A model generated the notes under the pieces. That model was not told where the DNA came from. It worked only from the letters and a program-made list of their open reading frames with translations, and searched no databases. Shown here piece by piece: positions 14,501-32,492 of a stretch of DNA of 64,000 nucleotides. Position numbers and translations under genes: made by a program. The DNA is from Laetmonice hystrix. Its lineage: Eukaryota. The stretch's first letter is position 1. Each line of letters starts with the position of its first letter. The stretch spans positions 23,560,001 through 23,624,000 of the forward strand of contig OZ249441.1 of NCBI GenBank assembly GCA_965235115.1, read 5' to 3'.

Positions 14501-17500
14501 GCCTTTGAGAATTGCAGACTGTATGCGGTACTGTACTGAGCAGTCTGAGGCAATGGTTCAGGCTCCTGTTGCATTTTAACAAATGGGATGAAGAAACCAT
14601 GCAAGTCATATGCCACTGAAAAGGTACAAGACAAATTTAAGAATGTGCCACACCCTCTTTTTTTTTCACAAACGTTTTCTAATATCTCCTCAGTTCTGTG
14701 GGCGGGATTACTAGGGACCTATCCTAACCTCAGATCCCAGCCACCAGGCCCCTCAACCGAAGCTGCAGATATTGCCACATTGAAGTGGTATACACCAGTG
14801 GCCTCTGTGTGTCTGTAGCTGGTCCGCTGACCGGTGTGGGTCAGCCGAGGCCAGCGGCCCCGGACGCTGACACCGGCCGACCCAGGCCAATCCTGGTGGC
14901 GTAGCCACAGCCAGGACCGGCCGGTCAGGGCTGGGCAGCACACCGCCCGGCGGCTGGAGCGACACCGACCGACCTGGCTGGTCGGACACGGCCCCCAGCC
15001 TGGCCTGGAATGACATGACCTCATCCCGCTCATCCACCAGGATATATCACACTAGTCTCTGGTTCTGGGCAAGCCGCACAGCCAACACCAAGTACAGGGT
15101 CGGCCAGGGCACCGCTGCCACTATCATAGCCTGTTAATTTTGATAATCATCCTGGTGACTAATTATACTCTACGTGTCGTCTGAGTACATGTACAGGGTT
15201 GATCTCTGTCACTTTCCCCAGTGATGTTAGCTCAAGCAGGGAAAATTCTTGCCAAAATGGATCACTTGTTTGTTTGCTAAGCTATTTCCTGAACAGACAT
15301 GCCCAACCTCACATGGGTCCACACGCCTTTTGGGCAACCAAGTCTGTATTTTTCTTTTGAAATGCACGGGCATCAGGGGTAACCCAATTACTTTGACAAT
15401 GTCCCTAAAGAGAAAAGTTGTATAGTCCTCTAGATACAGGAATCGAACCCAGGCCCTAAGATTACTGCACCCATTCGCATAGCATAAGGTGTCGAGGACT
15501 GTATAATTGTATGAATAATTTACTGAAAATAATTGCCCAAAAATGGTCATAAATCACCCTCTGATATCTTTACTGCCTTCTCACACCAAAACCTACCCTT
15601 GGCATACATTGTCATTGGAGTAGGAACATAAAACGTAAAAGAACTTGTTACATATTCCTGCAGATTCCTGCATATTCCATGGACCCTTCCCTAAATGAAT
15701 CACATATGTTGTGCCACAACACTATTACATAACTTTTAAGCCTGAAAGACTCCACCATGCAAACATGTATTTAAATGGAATCCTTAAGCCCTTGGTACGT
15801 TCCTAGGTACAATATCCAACCTGCTGCACTCTCAAATACCTCTTATTGCCGTAAGTCTTATTGATCAGGTACAAAAGAAATGCTGGGGTATCTTCAAAGT
15901 ACTTTTCGCCATCCTAAAAGTTTTCTTGGAAGCATCCACTTACTATGACATCAGTCAAATTCCATGAGTTCTAAATAAAACGATCGCTCATATTTTAAGT
16001 TCTATTGTCTGATTTTTGATTGAGGTTGACATAATGATCGCCAGTGATATCACTATCAGGACACCAGACGGGAACATCCAAACCCAGATACGTGTACAAT
16101 ACATTTTAGTGCTCTCCATTGTCACTGTGTCTATGATAGTTAAAATGATTTCCACAATACAATTTTTCCCAAATCTCCACCCTAGTGATTGCCTGGTGAA
16201 CGTCCCACAATGACCCTTATCCTGGTCTGATTCTATTGATTGTTCTGTGGTGTATGAATCAACCAGGATTGTAAAATAACCAATTCAAGTTTGCTGACCC
16301 CTCAGTAAGATCAATATAAGCCTAGTTATAAGTTCTGTGTCAGCTATCAATATTCAGTTCACCACTGATAAATTACACAATTCTGAGAATTTACATTCAT
16401 TCCCCTGCAGCATGCATTTTAAAATTTAAAGGGGCACAACTTTTGGACTCACTTTGTGTTTTTCTATATGATAGCGTAGAGCCATAAAGTGGTTCAAAAT
16501 AAATATTCCTACCCTGAAAATAGCATTGACTGGCATGAAATCAAGCCAGAGGCCTGAAGTGACTTTCGGTGTACACTGAAATTTAGTAGTTTAAAAGCAC
16601 TTGTAGATGGGGGCTGGCCCATCTGATCGAAAGTGCGATTCTTCCAATTGTACCTCATTACATAAGGCGTTACATATGTTGCATTACCAGTACCGCAGTA
16701 ATTAGAATAACTTCTTTCCATATACCTATAATTTGTCAAATAGACGGTTTTCCCGAAATCCCATTCAGGACAACCGGCTCCAGGAACAATCAACTCCTTG
16801 ATATGCTCCTGGCAGGTATTGTGACGTCATCAACAATACCTGAGGGTTTGTTTACCGGTGGGAGCCGTTGTCTACCCATCACCTGGAGACCAAACATTCA
16901 GTTGGCAGTTGTAGACGCGTTACGTTCCTTTAATCACAGGTACATCATACCTCGAGTCCGAACTTAACGCTTCTGTCATTCAAGGTAGCATCCTCGGGCT
17001 GCACAGATCGGCTTTTGCCTCGTCTCATATACCTATAATTTGTCCTCGTGAAGGTATTTATCTCACTTGCTGTGGGGTATCAGAGGGTTAATTGCCCACT
17101 TCTACACCCCGAAGACAAATCACTCAACCCCCCCCCCCCAATCATATTTCAGGTCACTGGTCAGAGGTGGTTTAAATTGTGGTACACTCACCCATCAGGG
17201 CTGAAGGTCATGAGGAAAGTCGAGCGACTTTGTCCAGAAAGCTCACATGACTGCAAGAAAAAGCCAAACATTTGTAACATTATGAAGAAACTATTCAGGG
17301 GCTTAGACATTTTTCTGGTCAAGACTCTCACCGGTCTATTTCCAGGTGGCTCTTGGTACTGTTTAATGTCCGTTTCTTAACTGTGGGTATTCAAAACACC
17401 CAGTCTCATTTAAAAGGCAACCTAACTTGCCATTTTTAATTCTTCTACTAGTATCTGAAGTTATCCATCCTATTCTGTTTGGAATTACATATTCACCTAA

Positions 17501-17651
17501 GTCCACTTACCTGATTTTTCACTGGAAGTGTTGCCTTTTCCTCGGCTAGAGCTTGGGCCAGGTCAGGCTTAAGGTCAAAGGGAATATTTTGTACTCCTCG
17601 TTCACGTGACCATAAGTACCTGACAAGGCTGCTATGCCTTTTTCTTCCCAT
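2590..17651 (-). CDS. AMBRA1: Activating molecule in BECN1-regulated autophagy 1 (AMBRA1), split WD40 protein, 14 coding exons, about 1374 aa
   Basis: Exons in transcription order: 17651-17511, 17250-17192, 9369-9186, 8876-8701, 8488-8163, 7930-6494, 6223-5374, 5177-5008, 4695-4585, 4351-4166, 3963-3866, 3586-3530, 3114-2972, 2776-2590. All introns are GT-AG, phases are consistent, total 4125 nt. Recognisable AMBRA1 peptides: [106 protein letters not shown], and two C-terminal TQT motifs. Confidence 0.95.
10282..11040. repeat. Tandem array of 8 units of about 96-107 bp in AMBRA1 intron 2
   Basis: Unit gtaggctggtgatgagaagagtattccaccttcatccatcagaccacagtct..gatctctcagtcagtttccaatattacgtgtcaggtatt; unit starts at about 10282, 10381, 10478, 10585, 10692, 10789, 10893 and 10988. 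Confidence 0.95.
10992..13366 (+). pseudogene. Candidate decayed multi-exon gene of unknown family, nested antisense in AMBRA1 intron 2
   Basis: AG..GT-bounded, GC-elevated, protein-like segments at 10992-11096, 12773-12939 (one in-frame TGA) and 13175-13366 (one frameshift in a C-run); the last two join in compatible phase. No family recognised. Confidence 0.3.
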
Positions 17652-17864
17652 CTTCAAAGCTTCATGAACTCATGGAAGTGTAACCTAAAGATAGAAATCA
17701 TAAATTAAACCAGTTGAGCTTTAAACCAGTACTACTAACTACTATTACTTACGAATGTTATCCAAATATTACAGTCCCAAATGCCATAATACCACAGCAG
17801 TAGTGGACTGCAAAGTTCTCCTTTACATTGATCAGTTACCACTACAGTACATATCTTCAAATAT

Positions 17865-18194
17865 CAGGCCTTGCCATATAAAAAAATTAGGGGTGCCAAA
17901 AATAGCGCCCCTCAGTTTTAGCAATGACCTCGAAGGGAGCCATTTTTATCCAGCCAATCGGTTAACCTTCTGTCCTGATGAGAACAACTGCCACTCTGTT
18001 TTTCAATACGTGTTTTGTCATGTAGCTTAGCTTGCTTGACTTGGTATTGGTGTCGGGCCTGTAGGGGAACTACGATCTCAAGGCACGCGAAATTTAAACT
18101 TTAAAAATTGCCAGAGGCGCATTTTTTGGCACACCTCATTTTAGGCGTGCGATGGTGCGCAAGCGCCATTGCGCGCCTTAAATGGCAAGGCCTG
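17865..18194. mobile_element. MITE with CAGG-starting TIRs and a 6-bp target-site duplication
   Basis: TIR caggccttgccat / atggcaaggcctg; flanked on both sides by aaatat (17859-17864 and 18195-18200). Confidence 0.65.
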
Positions 18195-18249
18195 AAATAT
18201 CCACTAATGATTTGCCCATTACATATCATGTAAGGCCCCTATTAAATAG

Positions 18250-18428
18250 CAGGGCTCGAAATACTTTGCAAAATTTGATTAGCAATCATTGCAACTGATC
18301 ATAAGTTGGCACATTAATATATGTATACGTTGATTTGCCAAAAATTGCGACTCATATGTTAATTTGATTCGCAACAGGCTGATTTTCACTCGCAAATTGC
18401 GATGCGAACCCGGTTATTTCAAGCCCTG
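18250..18428. mobile_element. MITE (cagggctcgaaata family); a related end occurs at 49521
   Basis: TIR cagggctcgaaata / tatttcaagccctg. 49521 onward (cagggctcgaaataactgggttcgcatc) matches the reverse complement of the right end. No clear TSD. Confidence 0.6.
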
Positions 18429-18840
18429 TATAGTGTGCGTTTGCACACAAACTCCCCACCCTTAGACTTAGCAATTTTATTCTAATTCTAAAGTGTTTTC
18501 AGACTGAAGTGTAAATTGTAAAATTGCCTAGCACCCAGTGTGATGTTTTGGTAGTGTAGCTCTGAGTGAGATCAGCAGGAATACACAGTTTCACATAACA
18601 CCACTGCTGACTAACTGTTCTACGTATACGTGTGTGCTTTTAATAGTATTAAAGCCATCTTGTGATCTACTAAAACCAAAATAGCCTCATGATTGCACTG
18701 AGAAAGCCAAGTTATAGTTGTACCATATCACATATGATAATAAATAATCATCCACCATCTCATAGCGCTCACAATGTTTGACCCTTTGGCATTGAACCCC
18801 TGACTGATAGATCCAGACAGGTGGGTCCATGCAGGCATCA

Positions 18841-19022
18841 CATGATTCCCTCACAGGTGGGCACATGATTCCCTCACAGGTGGGCACATGATTCCCTCAC
18901 AGGTGGGCACATGATTCCCTCACAGGTGGGCACATGATTCTGTCACAGGTGGACACATGATTCCCCCACAGGTGGGCACATGATTCCCTCATAGGTGGGC
19001 ACGTGATTCCCCAGGTGGGCAC
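18841..19022. repeat. 23-bp minisatellite, about 8 copies
   Basis: Unit catgattccctcacaggtgggca, diverging toward the right end. Confidence 0.92.
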
Positions 19023-20116
19023 AGACCGCTGTAGACCTTGTACAGATTCTGACACACACTCTAGGTTAAACTTGGTGCCTGTGCATAGTTAAAGATAGAG
19101 ACTGCAGATCTACCCTAAGTAATACTAATTTAAGAACAAAGATACACCTTCAGGCTTCACAGCTTCTATATTATCGCTGATCCAAACATATCATTTCTGA
19201 TAGTAAATGACAGTAACTTCCTCAGTAAGTCTTGTTTGTCAATCGATTTCTACTCTAGGTGTCCAGTTCAGGTGTACTGTAACTTCCAAAATGCTTCATT
19301 AAAAACTGCCTCTGGTGCAACAAAGAACTTGAAGAAGTACATGCTCACAGCCAGGGTCAAACAAGCTGATAGGAGTGTTGTTTCCATGAGACTGAACAGA
19401 CAGGCCCGGCTTGTACATTTCTAGGTCAGGTGGACTGTAGGGGGTCTGTGTTCTTTCAAAAAGAGGTAGTAACCAAGGGCCCAGTTGGGGCTTATGTAAT
19501 TTTGCAATCGAATCAAAGTAGGTGGGGAATATTGGGGAACAGACTGTTCGGCTTGTTTGGTAGGTAATTTATCACCAGATGCTTGTTACTTTGGAAGGCC
19601 TTGGTAGTGTAATAGACTACCTAGTGATACTGATAGAGCACTCACAACTTCCAAGTCTTACTTTTCAAAAGCAGAAGGCATAAGGGTGACTAGAGATAAA
19701 ATCAATGAAAACAGCAAATTGTGTTGGGACTAGCAGGGTTTGAATTTCATTGGTCAAGGGGCATGGCAATTTTCGCCTTGGATAGTCTTTGATTGACACC
19801 ACAGCATTTCTAATGACTCTCGAGGGGCACCACGGCAAATAAGAAAAAACTAAAGGGGCATCACGGCAAAGTGTGCCTTGACAAGTCACAAGATCTTCTA
19901 TAAGTTTAAGGACAGTTGCGAGAAATCAGATGGCTCTGTTTGTATGTTTGGCTCTCTGGTTGCAAGCAGTGTTCAGGGAAGGCAACCCCAGCAAGGGGAC
20001 AAAAGGGCATGGCAATGTAATGCCGTGGTTTACAGGTTAAGAGGCAAAACTTGAGGGCATCATGGCAATTGCCGGCATGTCATCGTGAAATTCGACCTCT
20101 TGGCATTGAACCCCTG

Positions 20117-20295
20117 GGGTGCCTTTCTGTAAAGCCCAAAAGACTCTTTGAGACCCTCGCTGAACCAAAAGAGTCTTTGCGGCGAAGTGGTGTTTCTATA
20201 ACACTCTATTCTTTAACACTGGTTTCGAAAAAGACTCTTTTGAAAGACTCTTTGGCACTTTGCGCAAAGACATCTTTCCTTACGGAAACGCACTC
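20117..20295. mobile_element. MITE with a 3-bp CTG TSD (PIF/Harbinger-like)
   Basis: TIR gggtgcctttctgtaa / ttacggaaacgcactc; CTG at 20114-20116 and 20296-20298; internal repeated aaagactcttt / aaagagtcttt motifs. Confidence 0.6.
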
Positions 20296-21399
20296 CTGAC
20301 TAGCAGGGTCCGCCAAATCGAGGGACCGAGCGCCCGGGACAACCAGAATTTCAGTCCGGGCAACTGGATTAAATTGATTGGTCGCCCGTCGGGCGACTAC
20401 ATCGATACATGTCACATGACACCATGTGTGCCTGGCCCTGGGGTTGGGCTGAAGCCTACGTGCCAGCATCTGAGCATTAGAGTGACTGAGTGATGTTGGT
20501 GCTGACAGTTCAGAGTCAGTGGACCAAATAACATTTGCAGTTGATGGGCCAAAGTTTGAGGATTTTGACCCAGACACTGCAATAGACCACTGGCTGACAG
20601 ATAACCCAGGCTATCGCCATCTTGATGGCCATAAGGTAGGGTTGTGAAAAAGCTTTTCAAGTTTTTTTTTTTGTGAATCAAAGCTTTTCTTTATATTTTA
20701 ACCAAAAAATCCTGGGCAACTAGTTCTATTTGTCGGGCAACCACTTTTGAATTTGTGGTTGCCCACTGGGCAACCACATTTCTGGGGGATTTGGCGGACC
20801 CTGGACTAGTAGAAATTTCTATGGACTATTGCGACCTGAATGGTTACGAGTCCAGTGTGAAAGAGTCGGGTAACCATTTACATCTCACCATCCCTGCAAT
20901 GACCACAATTTCCAAGCAAGAATTACAATACAAGTTGCAAGTATCCTTCGGACCCTTGCATATAGTAATAATAATGAACTATTATTATGCCGCACTGTAG
21001 CACATAACTTACGCACTGTCTACGCAAATGTGGCCAAAAATGGGCCGCAATGGCACGACTTGTTAACGTTAAACGTATTGGCCCACAATGTCCGGCTATC
21101 TTCACGCACAGTCGGCAATGTTCGCGCCAAGTTTGCAGTGTTAACACATGGTTCACACAAGTGGCACGAACACTGATGCATGCCCAATTTTTGAACATTT
21201 CAAAATTCTCTCTACGACATGCCATGCACCCCCGCACCCTTCACACACTCCTCACGCTCGTTCCTGAAGTGCGTGCCATTGCGGAATCAAAAATCGTGCA
21301 AGTGTCAACAAATAATTAGGCACGCGTCTCATCATGTCTTTTACCAAATCCAGTTCTGACTCGTGAGTTACTTTTTAAGTAAAGTAGGCCTACAAAAAG

Positions 21400-23583
21400 A
21401 TAGTCAGTGACAGAGGCCTTCGGCTACACAGTACAGCCGGTAGTACTAGTAGTACTCAGGCAACAATTACTCACTCAGGCCTAGTGTCCTCTACAAAATT
21501 CAGTTCTGCCCTTGGCTTTACTCACACTTCTAACATACCTAAACAACTCTGTGTTTTCTAACAGGAACAGAGGCACTGAGCCGTTGTTGGTGGGAAAGCC
21601 CCGGTCAGTTGGTGGGTAGGTAGACGCTCCACGCAGTGACTGGCCACCCGAGTGACGGCGAGTCTGTGCTCACACTCACACACAGTCACACTCACAGTCA
21701 CAGACACGGTCACACCGATTATGGCTTCACTTGAAACCACAACGCAGTAATAAAGCCCAAGTAGGATGGCCACACAAAGGACAGATATCTAATCGTGCAC
21801 TGCACTTCATACTTACATGTAAAAAATCTGTACAACTTCTTAAATCACGTATTTCCAGCCCGAGGTGAGGCTCGCCGTTGTTTACACCTTTGTCGCCATT
21901 TTTCCTACAACAGCCCGGATGTTGGTCAAAAGGTAATGACACACGGGTCAAGGTCGAAGGTCGTGACCCTGGTGGTGGTCGGTCCCACAAGATTGCAGGT
22001 GGTATAGAAAAGAAGAATGTGATCATAAGTTAGGCCTAGAAGAATACTTCCTGTGAGTAAGCGCCAAGATATATATTATCATACTTATATCTGATGCTGT
22101 GCGGATGATCATGAAAAATATTCAGCAGATGAGCGGAGTGCGCGAGCCTTTTGGCATTGCTTCCTGTATTATCGCTCAGATACACATGGACATCGCATCG
22201 GTCCATGATTGAATGATACTTGATTATTGACAGTTGATACGGACGTACATTATAGGCCTATCAAGAATGGTGGAGTGTTAGGCTTTTACAACGGTGAAGC
22301 AGAATACAACAGCGCCCTCTATGTGACACTGATGTGGCCCCGTTGACGACTGCATTATTAAAGCTGGAAACCTCAGCGGGAGGGGGTTATCATACCTCCC
22401 TAGCCTAGGGTAGGGAGGTTATCCATTGCATTAATCACGTGACCTGTCTATGGGCGTGTTTCTGTTTGTTTCACGCGTAGGTTCCGCGGACCCGGATCGC
22501 GATCACTGACCTAATTTACACGCACAAACAAACGCTACTGCACCCAACCCGGTTCTTCTTCTTCTTCCGGTATACTAGTCGCGGTCAAAAGTGACCATAA
22601 TGACCAGTTTCTTTTGCAACTATTTTGCTTACTTTGCTAATATGTGCGCATGCTCGGGTGGGTGAAGGACATGTTCCGTTACTAGGAGTCGGAATGATGC
22701 TATTGTGGATGCTGTTGTGATGGATTCAGGTAGTCTGTTCCAATCTCTGGTTCACTCTCAGTTAACTGACGAAAACAAACGGCCAGGTCAGTGATCACGA
22801 TCAGTTTCCTTTTGAACTGATCGTCCACCATTTTGGATCCTGAGCTGACCCACCTCGCCAGCAGGATCAGTGGGTCCCGGATCCTGATCAGTGAACCGAC
22901 GAAAACAAACGGCCAGGTCAGCGATTGCGGTCAAGTTCACGGAACCAGTGCGTGAAACAAACATGCTCTGAGATTGATGTCTCTTTGTCTGCTTAAAGTA
23001 AAACTTCTCGAACTCGAAAGGCAATTGTTTCTATTGATACGGATAAAACAAACATGATTCTAAGCTCTAAATATCATGTCTAGATGTGGTGAAAAGGAGA
23101 ATGTACCCCTACATACAGCCTAGAAACGAAGATTGTCTTTTCTCCTTCGTGAGTTTTGGCCCACAGTTTGCCTATCCAGGCTGTCATTTATTATTGTTTG
23201 GAAGAAAACTCCACCGCCCATTATTCCAAGCAGCTGCAAGAGACTGCATGGTGAAAACCTTGCGGTCGCTGCAGCACAACCGCAAGGTAGCCGCAACACA
23301 TTTTTTACTGATCGACCAAAGCGGCAAGATGGCATATGTGTCGTCTGTTGTTCTGGCGACGTAACAATGCTGACGTTCTGATTGGCTAGTTCTTTGCGGC
23401 CAAGCAAATCGTGCTGCAAAATATCAAACATGCTAGATGTTGCTGCAAGCCGACCACAAGGCCGCAACACTGCCGCAATAGAGTTGCAAGACAACCGCAG
23501 ATGCTAATCCACCAAAGTAGACACCTTGTGGCTTCCCTGCCTGTTTTGTCTGTTTTGCAATAAATTAGGCCCAGTCAGATCCG
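21400..23583. promoter_or_regulatory. Probable shared divergent promoter and first non-coding exons of AMBRA1 and DHX33
   Basis: Both start codons lie in exons with upstream acceptors (AMBRA1 exon starts at 17684, DHX33 exon at 24985), so non-coding 5' exons are required. The interval is CpG-enriched, with an ETS-like CTTCCGG near 22563, a YY1-like CAAGATGGC near 23325 and a strong plus-strand donor CCG|GTAAGT at 23583. Limits are approximate. Confidence 0.45.
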
Positions 23584-25019
23584 GTAAGTAGGCCTATCCC
23601 CAGAATATGCTACTTGCCAACCGGGCATGTGTTCTGTGAATGTCTAGTCGCCTGAGCTCGAATTCTGTCACCTCGGTTGACCGGTCGACTCCAAATGCCA
23701 CCCTTGGTATTGCGACTAATTTCTGTTAATTTCAGCACCTGGTAATATCTTTTTACCAGGTGAGGTTGTTGACAGTCTCGGTAAAGCCAGACTCTCAGAG
23801 AAGAGAGTCTGGGAGATTTCCGATCTTTTATTGTTACCGCATGGTGGCACGTCAAACGTTTAGGAACATAAGCGGCCCAAGGAGGCCAGAGAAAAACAAA
23901 ACAACCAAACTTTTCGCTTCACGAAAATTCGCTTGATAAAATTGCAAGACAAGACTACAAGTCGTCATCATGTGTAAAATGACTGGTCATTCCTTCATTC
24001 AATATATGGGCCCCCTATTTTGGCTATAGACTGACTGATTGCATTGTGCAGTGTAAACCTGCGTGCATGTCACTAATTGTCAGTTGAAATTTAAAAAATC
24101 CTTTATCTTACTCAGTTCCTAAAGCTCTATGGTTTGTACAATAAAGTTAATTGCTTATAAAACGACATAGATCTATACTACATAGTTCACCAATTAAACT
24201 TAGCAGACGCTGTATCACGTTTGAAAATGTGACAGTGATCTATGCCATGCTGGGCAGTCGACCGCGGTGAGTAGGCCGGCACTTACTGGCTCACCTGCCG
24301 GGAGCGACCGGTGGGGGCCAGGGGCAGGGGAGCGAGGGGGCAGGCAGGCAGGACATCGGAGCGCATGCAAGCAGGGATGATGCCGCCCTTGCAAAACGTC
24401 TCTAACTAGAATGTAAAACACACATTCCGCCCAATAGCGCTCCGATATTAGTTACACGTGGGTTTTCCTATTAAACCGAGGCTGTCTTGGGCTTGAAAAT
24501 GTGGCAGATGCCACACTGAGCAGCAGGCTGCGGAAGGTCGTACTTGCAAGCTGAGCCTGGTGGGAGTGACCGAGGTGGCGGCCGGGGAGAGAGAGGCTGC
24601 AGGCGGGGTACCGAAGTCTGTGCATGCATGATGCCGCCTTTGGAGGCTTGTATAAAATGTCGCTAGAACCAGCTGTTGATGCATGAGCAGACTTCCATTA
24701 AATTTAACCAATCGACTGCAAGACGACCGGATGCAGATTTCTTGTTGGTAGGCCGCCTATGTCTCGGAACAACGTCACAAATGGTAGTTACAAAAGATTC
24801 CAGACCCTCTGCTAGGGCCGCTGAGGGTCTGGATGATCGAGACTGGGTTGTTGATTGACCAAACAAGCATGTCTGGCCCCTTTGAAAAACTACCACATGT
24901 GACCTATAAGTATAAAGCTTATATACCAGTAAGCTGTAATCTTAACAGATAAGAATTTTTTTATTCCTGGATTCGAATTTTTAGGTGAAGGTCCCTGATT
25001 AAACGATGCAGTAAGAATC

Positions 25020-31064
<6,045 letters not shown>

Positions 31065-31221
31065 AGCAAATACGAATACCTTGCCAAGGGTGCATATCTT
31101 CTTATACAGGCAGCATAGGACCTGCTGCAGGTCTATTTATTGTCAGAAACTGTGTCCTGTGAAAGTGTATAACTGAACTTATTGCATTTCCATATATATA
31201 TAAAGGTATATTACTATTGTT

Positions 31222-31227
31222 AATAAA
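31222..31227 (+). terminator. Probable DHX33 polyadenylation signal
   Basis: AATAAA about 160 nt after the DHX33 stop codon. Confidence 0.5.
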
Positions 31228-31413
31228 AACACGTCACTTACAGTAAACGGCCTATGAATTGAGATACGTGTTCAATTGTTGTCTTGTTCTCACCAATATA
31301 TGATTTATAAGAGAAGATATAAAGCTAAAAAAGCCTATATGAATACTTTTTCTACTGATATAAAATGTTAACCCTTGGATATCTGATCCGATGTGAAATA
31401 CTGATTATATTTT

Positions 31414-32492
31414 TTATTTATTTATTTTATTTTTTTTATTCTTTTGTTTTATTTTTTGTTTTGGCTTGACTTTTGTCATTTCCAAGGTAGCATCGGCAAC
31501 TGACGGGCGTGAAGCTTCGTCCACATAGAAATACTGATTATAGAACTGATTCATCACTGGTAACTGCCGCCCCCGTGTCATACACGCGAACTCGTGTCCC
31601 TCAGCCATGAAGCCACGGCTGGAATGGTGACCCATATCGGGCTCGATCACATGTAAAATATTTATACATTTACTTATTGGAATTGGTATACGGTATAGGT
31701 GGAACATAAAGACCATGATGTAACAGCCTGTATAACGATACAGATGAAACATAATTTTTTTAAAGCCCTTTTCTCGTTAGGCTGGAAAGGTATGGCTGGA
31801 CGTGTTTAGGTTAACTTGGGTTGAATCGAAGATCATTTCTAGGGGCAAATTAAACGTTCTGGTCATATGAAAAAAAAAGAGAGAAACTGCCAAACATACT
31901 AAGATTTTGCTATAAATGTACTGTGAATCTTTTTTTCACTCACTTTGAAGTTTGAATTAGCCTTGCTCCAGGAAGTTTAAAGAATCAAAGTTGACTAATT
32001 TGACAAGCCATGGATACTGTATCATACACGACAAAGTATTCATAGACACGAATCCTAGAAATCCTATATAAACAGGATGAAACTAGATTTGTCTGATTGT
32101 AAATAAAGTGTTTACAGTTCCTCTGGTACATAGACTCTGCATCATATATTGCAATTTTCTAGTCCTAGACTTAAGTTCTCTTCTCAGCTGAAAAGAATTT
32201 TAAAAAGTTGACTACTTCTGCTTCTGGCATCACTACCCCAAAGTTTGGTAGATAGTCGACCACAAAACTATAGGTTTGATTTTTAAAAATATCGTTTAAT
32301 ATCGCAGAGTAGAAGGTTACACTGGAAAAGCTCCACAAACAACATCACTTAACGATGCTATTAACGTCTTCTCGTGACGTAACCTTTGAGTGAAGACCAC
32401 CAACCAAACACTGTTTAAAAATATCCCTGACTTTCTTATATAAATGGTCCTTCAGGCGCATCCTAATGGGGTAATTCCTCGTCTGAACATCT
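31414..32492 (-). pseudogene. Candidate decayed spliced gene of unknown family between the DHX33 and FDX1 3' ends
   Basis: Exon-like blocks from 32492 to about 32386, 32267-31944 (donor GTGAGT) and 31838-31414 (acceptor ttgcccctag), with protein-like translations interrupted by stops and frameshifts. Confidence 0.3.

Noticed and set aside
12773-15130. In-frame TGA codons in exon-like blocks as selenocysteine
   Set aside because: No selenoprotein-like context (e.g. CxxU) or SECIS was recognised, and neighbouring blocks also carry TAA/TAG stops and frameshifts, which fits decay.
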